47,788 bases of DNA, from IMG/VR virus record IMGVR_UViG_3300010361_000016, positions 1 through 47,788 of that record. The stretch is one strand, 5' to 3'. Position numbers and translations under genes: made by a program. The notes below the pieces were generated by a model. That model ran no database searches. It was not told the origin of the DNA and saw nothing but the letters and a program-made list of their open reading frames with translations. Below are positions 17,898 to 26,800 of this stretch, one piece after another; positions within the stretch are counted from its first letter, which is position 1, and each line of letters starts with the position of its first letter. Source of the DNA: a virus. Its lineage: Duplodnaviria; Caudoviricetes.

Positions 17898-18205
17898 TGA
17901 CGACCGCTGGCATGGAGCACCTGCGCCGCGAGATCACCGCCGCGTGCCGGGAAGCAGCGGAGCTGAGTGAGGCGCGCTTGCGTGAGCCGGAGAAGATCAC
18001 TAAGGGCAAGGTGAGACTGGCGCTTCAGCGCGCGTTCATACTCGCGGAGGCGCACATGTACGCCGAAGGCGAATGGGACACGCTGAAGGACACCCACGCC
18101 GCCGACCGTCCTATGCCCTACCAGATCGCCACCTACGCGGACACGCTGAACATCCACCTGGGCGAGATCGCCGTGAAGATCCGAGAGGAGCTGAAGCGCC
18201 CGTGA
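17894..18205 (+). CDS. hypothetical protein, paralog of 15023-15334
   Basis: EAHMYAEGEW. Confidence 0.7.
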   Translation: MMTTAGMEHLRREITAACREAAELSEARLREPEKITKGKVRLALQRAFILAEAHMYAEGEWDTLKDTHAADRPMPYQIATYADTLNIHLGEIAVKIREELKRP

Positions 18206-18271
18206 GCGCGCATGACCTGCTACGATCGGAGCTGCCATCAGTCAGTTCCCCCTGACACCAGCGGCAGACCA

Positions 18272-18312
18272 CAGCAGCCCCGGACGCACCCGTACCGTGT
18301 CCGGGGCTGCTG
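18272..18312. terminator. 14-bp stem hairpin ending the early operon
   Basis: CAGCAGCCCCGGAC / GTCCGGGGCTGCTG. Confidence 0.6.
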
Positions 18313-18331
18313 CGCGTCTACGATGAGGCGC

Positions 18332-18682
18332 ATGAGCACCACCTACGGCCCGTACCCCGCCACCGTCGTTGACTGGCACGACGGGGACACATGCCACCTG
18401 GACGTCGATCTGGGCTTCGGCCTGGTGCTGGGACTCTCCTGCCGGTGCTACGGCATCAACGCGCCCGAGCTGCATGACGCCGGGGGACGTGAGGCCACCG
18501 ACTACGCGCGCTCACTCGCCCCCGCTGGCACCACGGTGCGCGTCCTCTCCCACGGGTGGGACAAGTACGGCGGCAGGTTCCTGGGAGAGATCACCCTGCC
18601 CAGTGCCGCGCCCTTCGGTGATGCCATGATCGCGGCGGGGCACGCGAGGCCATACTTCGGGAGAGGCCCCAAAAACGGCTGA
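18332..18682 (+). CDS. thermonuclease (SNase-like), probably leaderless
   Basis: DGDT...DLGF...R.YGINAPE...DKYG.R motifs; TACGAT -10 seven nt before the ATG. Confidence 0.85.
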   Translation: MSTTYGPYPATVVDWHDGDTCHLDVDLGFGLVLGLSCRCYGINAPELHDAGGREATDYARSLAPAGTTVRVLSHGWDKYGGRFLGEITLPSAAPFGDAMIAAGHARPYFGRGPKNG

Positions 18683-18980
18683 ACGCCAGTAGCTCCGGGC
18701 CGAACAGCACGTGGCCAGGATGATCACATACCCACGGGGTGTCAGGCCCGCAGCGTTCGCCTCCGGGCCGTACACGGCCTAACCGCTTCCTGCGCCTGCG
18801 ATGGTGAAGATGACGCCGCGCTTTCGGGTGGCACCCCGACCCGTTGAGCGTGTGCACCTGCCCGGCGGTCGCCTTGTTCGCCCCCGCATGCGGATGCGGC
18901 TGCCCCTTCCGCCGGTGCCCTCCACGGTGCGCGCGGGAGTGCTGCACGTGAGCGTGGTGAGTGCGCTTATGGCAGCTCAC
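18591..18980 (-). CDS. putative His/Arg-rich basic protein
   Basis: GTG 18980 overlaps the GH12 stop; first ~66 aa are very His/Arg/Lys-rich; 3' end overlaps the nuclease gene, so its extent is uncertain. Confidence 0.4.
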   Translation of the reverse strand: MSCHKRTHHAHVQHSRAHRGGHRRKGQPHPHAGANKATAGQVHTLNGSGCHPKARRHLHHRRRRKRLGRVRPGGERCGPDTPWVCDHPGHVLFGPELLAFSRFWGLSRSMASRAPPRSWHHRRARHWAG

Positions 18981-19975
18981 CCCGCCACCGCGCCGATCGA
19001 GTAGGACGTCACCGCGAACGGCTCCGTGGTGCCAGCAGTGGAGCAGATCTCCCAGCCCGTGTTCATCTGCGTGACCACCTCCGGGCCGGTCACGAACCCG
19101 TTGGAGGTGAGCCAGTCGAACCCGGCCTTGACATCCACCGTGCCCGACGTCTCCTGAGCGCACGTGCCCTGCCCTCCGGCACCGTCGAGCACGAAGATGA
19201 TCTCCGCGCCCGCACCGCCGTACCGGTGCACCGTCCACCCCTGCCCGTCCATCGTCATGTGACCGAGCACCGTGCCCCCGAACGCGCCCGTGTTGCAGCG
19301 GTTCATGGTGTCCGTCCAGAACATGACATCCGACGGGTAGTTCGCGGACCAGATGTCCGGGGCGAACTCCCACACCCCGCCACCCGGAGACGTCTCAGCG
19401 AACGAGATCGTCAGCGACGACAGCGAGTCCAGGGGAGTGTCCCCGTCAGCACCGGAGCACACATGCCCATGCGCGTCCCACCCGTTCCCGCACCAGTCGT
19501 TCGTGAGCTGCTGCACGTTGGCGAACACCTGCACATTCTCCGCGCCCGCCGGACCCACGTCAGCGGCCACGCTCCACGACCCAGGATCAGCCACCGTGGC
19601 CACGGCTGTGTCCCCGGCGTTCGCCCCCACGTTCTGCGGCTCCACGTACGTGTCGAAGCCATTGGACATCGGGATGCCAGCGAAGGTGTACGGGCCGCAC
19701 GCACCCCCGTTCAGCGCCGAGGTGCACACGGGAGGTGTCACGGTCGGCGTGGGGCTCGGGCTCGTCGTGGTGGGAGTAGGCGACGGCGAGGGTGAGGTGG
19801 TGCTCGGCGTCGGCGTCGGGGTGGGTGTCTTCGTGTGGCAGTGATGAGACCTGAACCCGCACGGCACCCAGTGCCACGGAGGATGAGGCGACGTGAACGC
19901 CGCAGCGCTCATCACCCCGGTCAGCGTGAACACCGCCAGCAGCAGTGCGCCGAGCATGGCAACGCGTGTCCTCAC
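18977..19975 (-). CDS. secreted glycoside hydrolase family 12-like protein
   Basis: Signal peptide, P/T/S linker, then PDIW...DVMFW...GQGWTVH...SGTVDVK..FDWL...GWEIC..F.VTSYS (GH12 jelly-roll motifs). Confidence 0.75.
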   Translation of the reverse strand: MRTRVAMLGALLLAVFTLTGVMSAAAFTSPHPPWHWVPCGFRSHHCHTKTPTPTPTPSTTSPSPSPTPTTTSPSPTPTVTPPVCTSALNGGACGPYTFAGIPMSNGFDTYVEPQNVGANAGDTAVATVADPGSWSVAADVGPAGAENVQVFANVQQLTNDWCGNGWDAHGHVCSGADGDTPLDSLSSLTISFAETSPGGGVWEFAPDIWSANYPSDVMFWTDTMNRCNTGAFGGTVLGHMTMDGQGWTVHRYGGAGAEIIFVLDGAGGQGTCAQETSGTVDVKAGFDWLTSNGFVTGPEVVTQMNTGWEICSTAGTTEPFAVTSYSIGAVAG

Positions 19976-20355
19976 GACGGTGCGCCTCCCTGAGTCGTGC
20001 CATCACCAGGCAGGCCCAGGTGAGGCGCTACCGGAGGTGTGTACTGCGGCTGTGAGGGCAGGCCCAGCAGCCACCCGAACCGCGGATTCACCCAGTGTTC
20101 CAGGGCACGCGCCACGGCGTAGTACACCGCCGTGAACGCCGCCACCAGCCCCTCAGTGAGAGGCTGCGCGAACCCGCCATCAAGAGTGACACCCTGGCGC
20201 ACCAGCCACGTCAGCAGCGCGCCCGCGACGATCGCTGCGCCAGTGCGGATGAACGACGCGGCCATGGCATTGACCTTGCCCGGAATCTGATCCGGGGGCA
20301 TCGTCTGAGCTGGCGTGGACGGCTCGTTTGGGGACGGCCCCGATGGACTGGTCAT
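19972..20355 (-). CDS. holin
   Basis: Two TMs; SFIRT...YYAVARALE...FGWLLG..PQY actinophage holin pattern; coupled to the lysin. Confidence 0.8.
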   Translation of the reverse strand: MTSPSGPSPNEPSTPAQTMPPDQIPGKVNAMAASFIRTGAAIVAGALLTWLVRQGVTLDGGFAQPLTEGLVAAFTAVYYAVARALEHWVNPRFGWLLGLPSQPQYTPPVAPHLGLPGDGTTQGGAPS

Positions 20356-21173
20356 CGAAGCAGCGCCGCCCACGTCAGCGGCCCCACGATACCGTCCACG
20401 GTGAGGTGGCTCCCGCGCTGGAAGTTCTTCACCGCCGTCTGCGTGAGAGGACCGAACACGCCGTCCGTCTTCAGCCCAGCGCCATGCGTGTTCAGGCGCT
20501 CCTGGCACAGCCTCACGTCAGCCCCGGACATGCGGGGAGTGTGGAGCGAGAGCTGAGCATGAGCCGGCTTCGGTGCCGGGGGGTGAGGCGGCGCAGCGCC
20601 CGGACGTGGCCACTGCCCGAAGTCACTGTGCGTGGACTCATCCCAGTCGCACGACAGGCCCGCCACCTTCACATCGTTCTTCGTCTGCCTGAGCTGCGCC
20701 CGCCCGTCCCAGTGGCCACCGCTCCACGCGTACGTCTGCCACCCGTACGCGATCTTCCCGTGATCGAACGCGCGCTTCACCGGCCAGTACCCTCCGTACA
20801 GGCCGGTGCGCGCGTGCCCGATCACGCTGGCCGCACCATCCAGGTACGCGTCCACCGCCGCCTGCTGCCCCTCCGTCACGTCCCAGTCAGCAGCGAAGTA
20901 GATGGGCACCCCCTGCATGCCGAGCGAGTCCGCCTGCTTCCTGGCCTCCGCCGCATCAGCCACCCCGGCAGCATGACCCTGAAGCGCGCGGTTCGCCGTG
21001 GACTCCCACACCACCACCACGGCGATGCCGCTGGAGTTCAGCGCGTTCTTCTCGTTCAGGCCCAGGTTCTTCCCGCCGTCATGCGACAGGTAACGGCACA
21101 CGAACTGCACGCCCGCTGTCTTCATCGCCGCCACGTTCAGGCCACCGTGCCAGGCGTAGTCGATACCCCGCAT
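20352..21173 (-). CDS. endolysin: DUF1906 (Rv2525c-like glycoside hydrolase) plus PG-binding domain
   Basis: FVCRYLS, VVVWE, PIYFAADWD, GLYGG, WQTYAWS; C-terminal DGVFGPLT..AVKNFQ..LTVDGIVGPLTW. Confidence 0.9.
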   Translation of the reverse strand: MRGIDYAWHGGLNVAAMKTAGVQFVCRYLSHDGGKNLGLNEKNALNSSGIAVVVVWESTANRALQGHAAGVADAAEARKQADSLGMQGVPIYFAADWDVTEGQQAAVDAYLDGAASVIGHARTGLYGGYWPVKRAFDHGKIAYGWQTYAWSGGHWDGRAQLRQTKNDVKVAGLSCDWDESTHSDFGQWPRPGAAPPHPPAPKPAHAQLSLHTPRMSGADVRLCQERLNTHGAGLKTDGVFGPLTQTAVKNFQRGSHLTVDGIVGPLTWAALLR

Positions 21174-21254
21174 AAGCGATCACGTCCTCTCGTTGCCGGG
21201 TGACGGGACTAGTCTCGCACGTCCATGTGACATCAGCGCAGAACGGCAGGTGAC

Positions 21255-21271
21255 ACTCCCGTGTCGGGAGT
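21255..21271. promoter_or_regulatory. palindromic operator copy 4 (ACTCCCG-TGT-CGGGAGT), upstream of the lysin
   Basis: Perfect palindrome, intergenic. Confidence 0.75.
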
Positions 21272-21361
21272 ACCAGATCCACGCTGCCAGCCCGCCCCTG
21301 CCATCACGGGGTGAAGACTAGCCCCGATGGCAGATCCCGCCTCACGGTCGCGCTCAGCGCC

Positions 21362-21568
21362 TCACGTCCTGCACCCGAACTCGTGGAACAGGACGACAGC
21401 CCCGGCCACCTCGCGCGGGTCCTTGCGCATGAGCACCAGCACCGCACAGGTCTGCTGCTTCGCCTGGTTAGCGTCATGCAGCGCAGACGTCACCGCGACG
21501 AAGAACGCCACCGCCCCGCCGATCAGCAGCATCGCCGCGACCAGCAGGAACGGGCTCAGCCCCTTCAC
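21362..21568 (-). CDS. membrane protein (lysis accessory?)
   Basis: N-terminal TM, two Cys; GTGA-coupled. Confidence 0.6.
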   Translation of the reverse strand: MKGLSPFLLVAAMLLIGGAVAFFVAVTSALHDANQAKQQTCAVLVLMRKDPREVAGAVVLFHEFGCRT

Positions 21569-21774
21569 GATGGCCCGCCTCCCAGTAGCCTCCGCTGGCA
21601 CTCCGCCAGCAGCCTGCGCGCGTCATCACGCTCGGCGCGCAGTTCTTCCATGAGCAGCCGCAGCGTGTTCACGTCCGCTGTCTGCTGCTGCGCCCTCCCC
21701 ATGCGCCGCGCACCCACATAGCCCAGGATGGCAGCGAACACCACGCCGCACAGCCCTATCCACGCGGCGGGCAC
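21565..21774 (-). CDS. membrane protein with coiled coil (lysis accessory?)
   Basis: TM followed by LMEELRAERDDARRLLAECQ. Confidence 0.6.
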   Translation of the reverse strand: MPAAWIGLCGVVFAAILGYVGARRMGRAQQQTADVNTLRLLMEELRAERDDARRLLAECQRRLLGGGPS

Positions 21775-21778
21775 ATCA

Positions 21779-22117
21779 TCACCGTCCGGGCACGCGCGTG
21801 CTCGTGTCACCCGGCCCGATGAAGCGCCGCGCCGACGAGCCGAACGGGTAGGGCAGCGTCATCCCGTCAGGGAGGTCACCCGGCGGATTGAACAGCACCC
21901 AGAACGCGTCCATGTCATGCACCGCCGAGCGCATCGCGTCGAGATCACCCTGAGCGGGCGGTGGGTCCAGCGCCAGCAGGTCAGCGTCCGCCACGCCACT
22001 GAGCCACTGCCAGAAGTTGTCGAGATCCTGAAGCGCCGCCATCACCGCCGCGACCTTGGCGCGTGCGAGCGCCATGAGCGCCGCCGTGGAGTAGCTGGAC
22101 TGATCGATTAGCGGCAT
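21779..22117 (-). CDS. hypothetical protein (possible tail fibre chaperone)
   Basis: Position after the tail genes; GC3-rich. Confidence 0.65.
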   Translation of the reverse strand: MPLIDQSSYSTAALMALARAKVAAVMAALQDLDNFWQWLSGVADADLLALDPPPAQGDLDAMRSAVHDMDAFWVLFNPPGDLPDGMTLPYPFGSSARRFIGPGDTSTRVPGR

Positions 22118-22123
22118 GTGCGC

Positions 22124-22732
22124 TCACCCGATTCTCGTGACGACTAGGTACGAGCCGAGGTTCAGGTTCCCGTTCACCCCGGATACCGTCACCGCCCAGC
22201 TCAGGTTGAAGTTCCCCGTCGCGCCGGGAAACAGCGTGCCCGTGCAGTGAATGCCCTGATTCACGCCCGTCGTACCGGGCACCGCCACCGCCGTGCCCCA
22301 CGTGTTCGAGTTCCCCGTCTGCGAGTTGCCCCAGCCGTAGCCCCACCTGCCGTTAGACCCCGTGGGCACGTTCCACCCGAACGCTATCCCCGACGTCCCC
22401 GACGACCCGAAGTCCAGGTACGCGTCCACCTTCCACACCGACCCGTTAGGCCCGAGCCCCGAGATGGCCAGGTCCGGGTCCACGCTCCGCGCCGTCGCCG
22501 TGCGCCCGGTCGGTGCGCCCTTCCAGCACCCCACCACGCACCCGATCCCCCACACCTGAAGGTCACCCTCGCACGTCAGGTTCGGGGACGTGTCCGTGGC
22601 CTGCGGAGCCACGATGAGGTTCCCGTTGATCTGCACGTCCCCGGAGATCTGCCCGCCGTCCTGATTCAGCTTGAAACCGACACGACTGGCGAGCGCGTCC
22701 ACCTTCGCGTCAAGCGTGCGGATGTCCGTCAT
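22124..22732 (-). CDS. minor tail / receptor-binding protein
   Basis: Short coiled coil, GG-x-ISG beta repeat, beta-rich C-terminal domain ending LVVTRIG. Confidence 0.65.
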   Translation of the reverse strand: MTDIRTLDAKVDALASRVGFKLNQDGGQISGDVQINGNLIVAPQATDTSPNLTCEGDLQVWGIGCVVGCWKGAPTGRTATARSVDPDLAISGLGPNGSVWKVDAYLDFGSSGTSGIAFGWNVPTGSNGRWGYGWGNSQTGNSNTWGTAVAVPGTTGVNQGIHCTGTLFPGATGNFNLSWAVTVSGVNGNLNLGSYLVVTRIG

Positions 22733-23835
22733 GCCGGAGCCCGAGGCATGAGGAGACCGAGCAGCGTGCTCCAGTCAGCACGGTAAGACTGGAACGGAGT
22801 CACCGTGAGAGTCCCGTCCTTGTCGCTGTACTGCACCGAGCCCACCGGGAACGTCACCGGGGGAGCCGGGGCCACCTCCCCGCCGTATGGCCCGTCCGCC
22901 AGCACGAGCTGCACCACCTCCGCAGCGTTCTCGCACGCCAGGTCCACCGGGCTCCCGCCCGTCGTGAGGTACTGGCCAGGCTGCACCACGAACGGGCCAG
23001 CGTACGACGCCGCCAGGTACTTCGAGATCGCGGTGGAGCCCACCTGAGACGCCTGCGCCTGCGTGAGCACCCCCGGCGAAGACACGTCCCAGAAATCCTC
23101 CGTCACGTCATGCTTCGCCATGTTCGTCGGATTCGACACGTTCTGGAGCCCGAACGCCGCCTGGTAGCCTCCCCCGTCCGGGCGGGACATGTACTTGACG
23201 TACAGCGAGTTGATATACCCCGCCAGCGTCCGGGTCGCCGGAACCTCCGTGATGAGCAGGCGCGTCACCGTCGTCGGGATCGGGATCAGGTCCACCTCCA
23301 GGCCAGCCCAGGTGCGCGTGAGCCGCCACGTCGAAGCTGCCGGGGACGCGAGCGCGTTCATGTAGTCCGTGATCGAGATGGACGCGTTATCGAACGCGTA
23401 GTACGGATTCGGCCCCGGTGGCACCACCGTCCCGATCACCCACCGCAGGCCACGCTGGATCGCGCCCCCGAGCACGTTAGCCGGCGTGTTCTGCTGCTGC
23501 GGGTTGCCCGTCGTCGGGTAGAACGCGCGGAACCTTGAGCCCCACGTCCCCGCGCCCTCACCCTGAAGCGCCCAGCCGCCATCCCCCGGCGTCGGCTCAG
23601 CCAGCCTGCCCTCCCACTGGATAGACCCGCCCTTCGCCACCAGCAGCCTGCGCCCCGGATTCAGCGCCACATGACGCCACCTCGGATCGGCCTGCAACGT
23701 GCACGTGAGCGCGTTCGACCCACCCGGCATGGTGTCGTCGTACTTCAGGTCCGTGACCGTGCCCAGCGCGTCCAGGTAATACTGGCCCGTACCGTCCACG
23801 GCCTGCGTGAACACCGTGCACCCGCCCCCGGTCAC
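22729..23835 (-). CDS. minor tail protein (Tal/hub-like)
   Basis: Synteny; W-E-G-R-L-x-EP pattern; GTGA-coupled start. Confidence 0.7.
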   Translation of the reverse strand: MTGGGCTVFTQAVDGTGQYYLDALGTVTDLKYDDTMPGGSNALTCTLQADPRWRHVALNPGRRLLVAKGGSIQWEGRLAEPTPGDGGWALQGEGAGTWGSRFRAFYPTTGNPQQQNTPANVLGGAIQRGLRWVIGTVVPPGPNPYYAFDNASISITDYMNALASPAASTWRLTRTWAGLEVDLIPIPTTVTRLLITEVPATRTLAGYINSLYVKYMSRPDGGGYQAAFGLQNVSNPTNMAKHDVTEDFWDVSSPGVLTQAQASQVGSTAISKYLAASYAGPFVVQPGQYLTTGGSPVDLACENAAEVVQLVLADGPYGGEVAPAPPVTFPVGSVQYSDKDGTLTVTPFQSYRADWSTLLGLLMPRAPA

Positions 23836-26800
23836 GACAACCGCTCCGCCCACCAGCGGGGCCAGTACTCACCCTGAAGCGCGGGCATCCCCGAAGGCGA
23901 GTACACCGTGAAGATGTTCTCGCCGGGCACCAGGCGGAACGGACCCCCGGTGAGGAGCGTCGAGCCGAGCACCGACACCGCCCTGTCCCTGTCATCCATC
24001 GAGCCGAGCACGCGTCCCACGTTCACGCCCAGCTCCGGCGCGTCCACGTAGTAATCCGCGTACCCCGCACCCGGCAGGCTGATCCACGCCAGTGAGCCCT
24101 CCGTGTTCAGCAGCAGCACGTCGAGGAAACGGTCAGCGGTGTCACCGCTGGTCACCGCCACCGTGAAGTATGAGTCCGTGTTGTCGTCGGCCATGTCCTT
24201 GACCGGCAGGGTGATCTCACCCAGGTTGCAGATCTGGTTAGCCACACCCCCCGGCACGATCGACTGCGCCACCGACGCCAGGGACACCGCGCCGCCCGCC
24301 GCCTCATACTGCCTGACCGTCACCGTCACCTGACGCGCCGCCGTCCCATGCCACGCGTACGCCACCAGCAGCACCGTGTACGTGCCACGGTAACGCGCAT
24401 GGAACCCCGCCACCCGAGGCACCATGAACTCGCGCCCGTTCGGCACGTCGAGCCCAGCGCCCACCTGGAGCACCGGCTTTTCGAGCACGTTCGGGTGACG
24501 CGGCTTGTGCACGATCACGGCGGGCAGCGTATTCCGCACGCTGTTCCAGTGCGTCACCCTCACCTGCACCAGCCCGGAGCCACCCTGCCCGCCCGCATGA
24601 GGGTAGATCTGGCAGGACGCGCCACCGCCGCCGCCGCCAGGCGCTTCGCCCTTGTACCCGTCACCGCCGCCCGAATGCTGCCCCGCGCCACCGGCACCAC
24701 CCTGCACCGGGAACGCACCCGCATTCCCCCCGAGCCCGAACCCCGGAGTGCCGCCCACATTCCCCGCGCCGCCATCGCTGGCACCGCCACCACCACCGCC
24801 CGCGTTCAGCGTCGGGTTATTCGTCGCGCCTCCCGCGCCCCCGTTCCCTCCCGCGTAGTGGTGCGCGTTCGCGCCCAGGTTCCCGCCCGCGCCGCCAGGC
24901 CCGGAGGAGTAGTCAGCGATGAGGACATTAGCCCCGCCCTTGCCACCCGCCGCCTGCACCAGCATCGTCGTGCCCTGGAACCACGACCTGCCACCGCTGC
25001 CCCCGGAGCCGTGACCCCAGTAGCCGATGGCGTCCACGTCCACCCAGTTCGCGGAGCTGTTCGCGTTCTTCGTGTTCGTCGCCGTGATGAGGACCGTGTG
25101 GTTACCGGGAGCCAGCCCCGTCACCTGCCAGATAGGGCCGATGTACTGATTAACCGCGTACGTGTCCACCGTCACCGCAGTGCCGCCGTCCACCTGCACC
25201 GTGGCTATCCCGTGGTTGTTGCCCTTGAAGCCGTACCACACGCACCCCGTCCCGTTGAACGTGAAGCTGGCCGTCCCGCTGGCCGAGCATGAGTGGTCTG
25301 TCTGCTGCCAGTACGACGGCCCCATGCTGAACGCCGTGAAGCCGCCCGTGTACGTGATGGCGGGGTCAGTGTCGTCGGTCATGATCAGGTTGTGGTTCAC
25401 CACGAACGCATCCACACCCACCCACGGCGCGGTCGCGGAACCGTTGAACGTCCCCGTGCAGGTGATCTTCAGCGTGTGCGCCGTGTTGCTGAGCCCCTGC
25501 ACCTGCCAGCAGAAGCCGGGGCCGTCACTCCCGTACGTGTTGTAGCAGTCCACCGCGACCGCCGCGCCGCCGTCGAGGGACACGTTAGCGATGCCGCGCG
25601 ACGGGCCGCGCGTCCCCAGCCACGCGACCGACGTGCCCTTGAACTTGAACGTGCACGTGTTCCCCGTCGTCGTCGTCGCGCGCATCTGCCGGTTCAGGTA
25701 GCCCGTCCCGCCGAACGCACCCCACGAACCCCCGAACGTCACCCCCGGCGCACCAGGCTCGGCGTCATACCACACGGGCATGTCCGACGCCGGGAGAGGC
25801 ATCCCGCCCGACCCCCTGCCGTACTGGTGCTGCCCGCTGGACACCGGGTAACCCGGTACCGCGACGGGCACGTAGGGAGTCAGCTCGACCTGCGTCTCCC
25901 ACGAGATCTCACCCCCGCCTCCGCCCCCGGCGGTCGTCCAGTTCGGGGACACGCCACCGCCAGCGCCTCCCCCGCCCTCCGTGATCACCGACGCCATCAG
26001 GCACGGCGCGATGTAGAGGTCATCGAGGAACACCGTGTCCGTCGCCGGGGTGACCTGCATCCCGATCACCTGCGGAAGCAGGCGCGCGAACTGCGCGTTA
26101 GCCGGAGCCGTCACCGTCCCGTAAAGCTGCTGCCACGCGCTGCCCGCAGTAGCCGAGCCCGTCGCCGCCGGAGCGTACACCGCGCCCAGTGAAGCGTTCG
26201 CAGCGTTGAAGAACTCCGCGCCCACATTCACCACGCGTCCCGTGCCCGACGTGCCCACCTTCATCGACAGGCCGACCCGGATCTTATCCCCCGCCTGGCA
26301 TGGCACCCCGAGCGTGCTGTTAGAGGACGCGGGCCACGACGCGCAGGTGACGTTACCCGCCGCCGATGGGTTGATCTGGAGGCTGTACTGCCCCGTGTTC
26401 GCGTCCCCGTTCCACAGGTAGAAACCGCAGTTCGTAGCGAGCCCGTCGTTCCCGGTCCACGTGCCCTTGGTGCCATGCTCGAAGTTCGCCGTGTCACCGA
26501 ACAGCCAGTTGGGATTCGGCCCCAGCGCGCCGCTGTTCCCCGTCGTCGCGCCGGGGATGTAGTTGTGCGTCGAGCCCGGAGTACCCGGCAGGTTGTACGT
26601 CTTGGTGGAGGGCACTAGCGTCTGGAAGCCGAGCTGCGCGTGGATGTTGAGCTGCGTGGGAGCCGTGCCCACGATGCCCTGAAGCACGTACTCCCCGCCC
26701 CGCTCCGAAGCCACCCGGCGCGGCGCGGCATGAGGAGAGGCAGCGAGCCAGGACAGGAAACCGGACAGCACGTGCACATCCTGGCGCACCCACGAGCGCG

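Noticed and set aside
19738-19832. Low-complexity GT-rich repeat
   Set aside because: Encodes the Pro/Thr/Ser linker of the GH12-like protein
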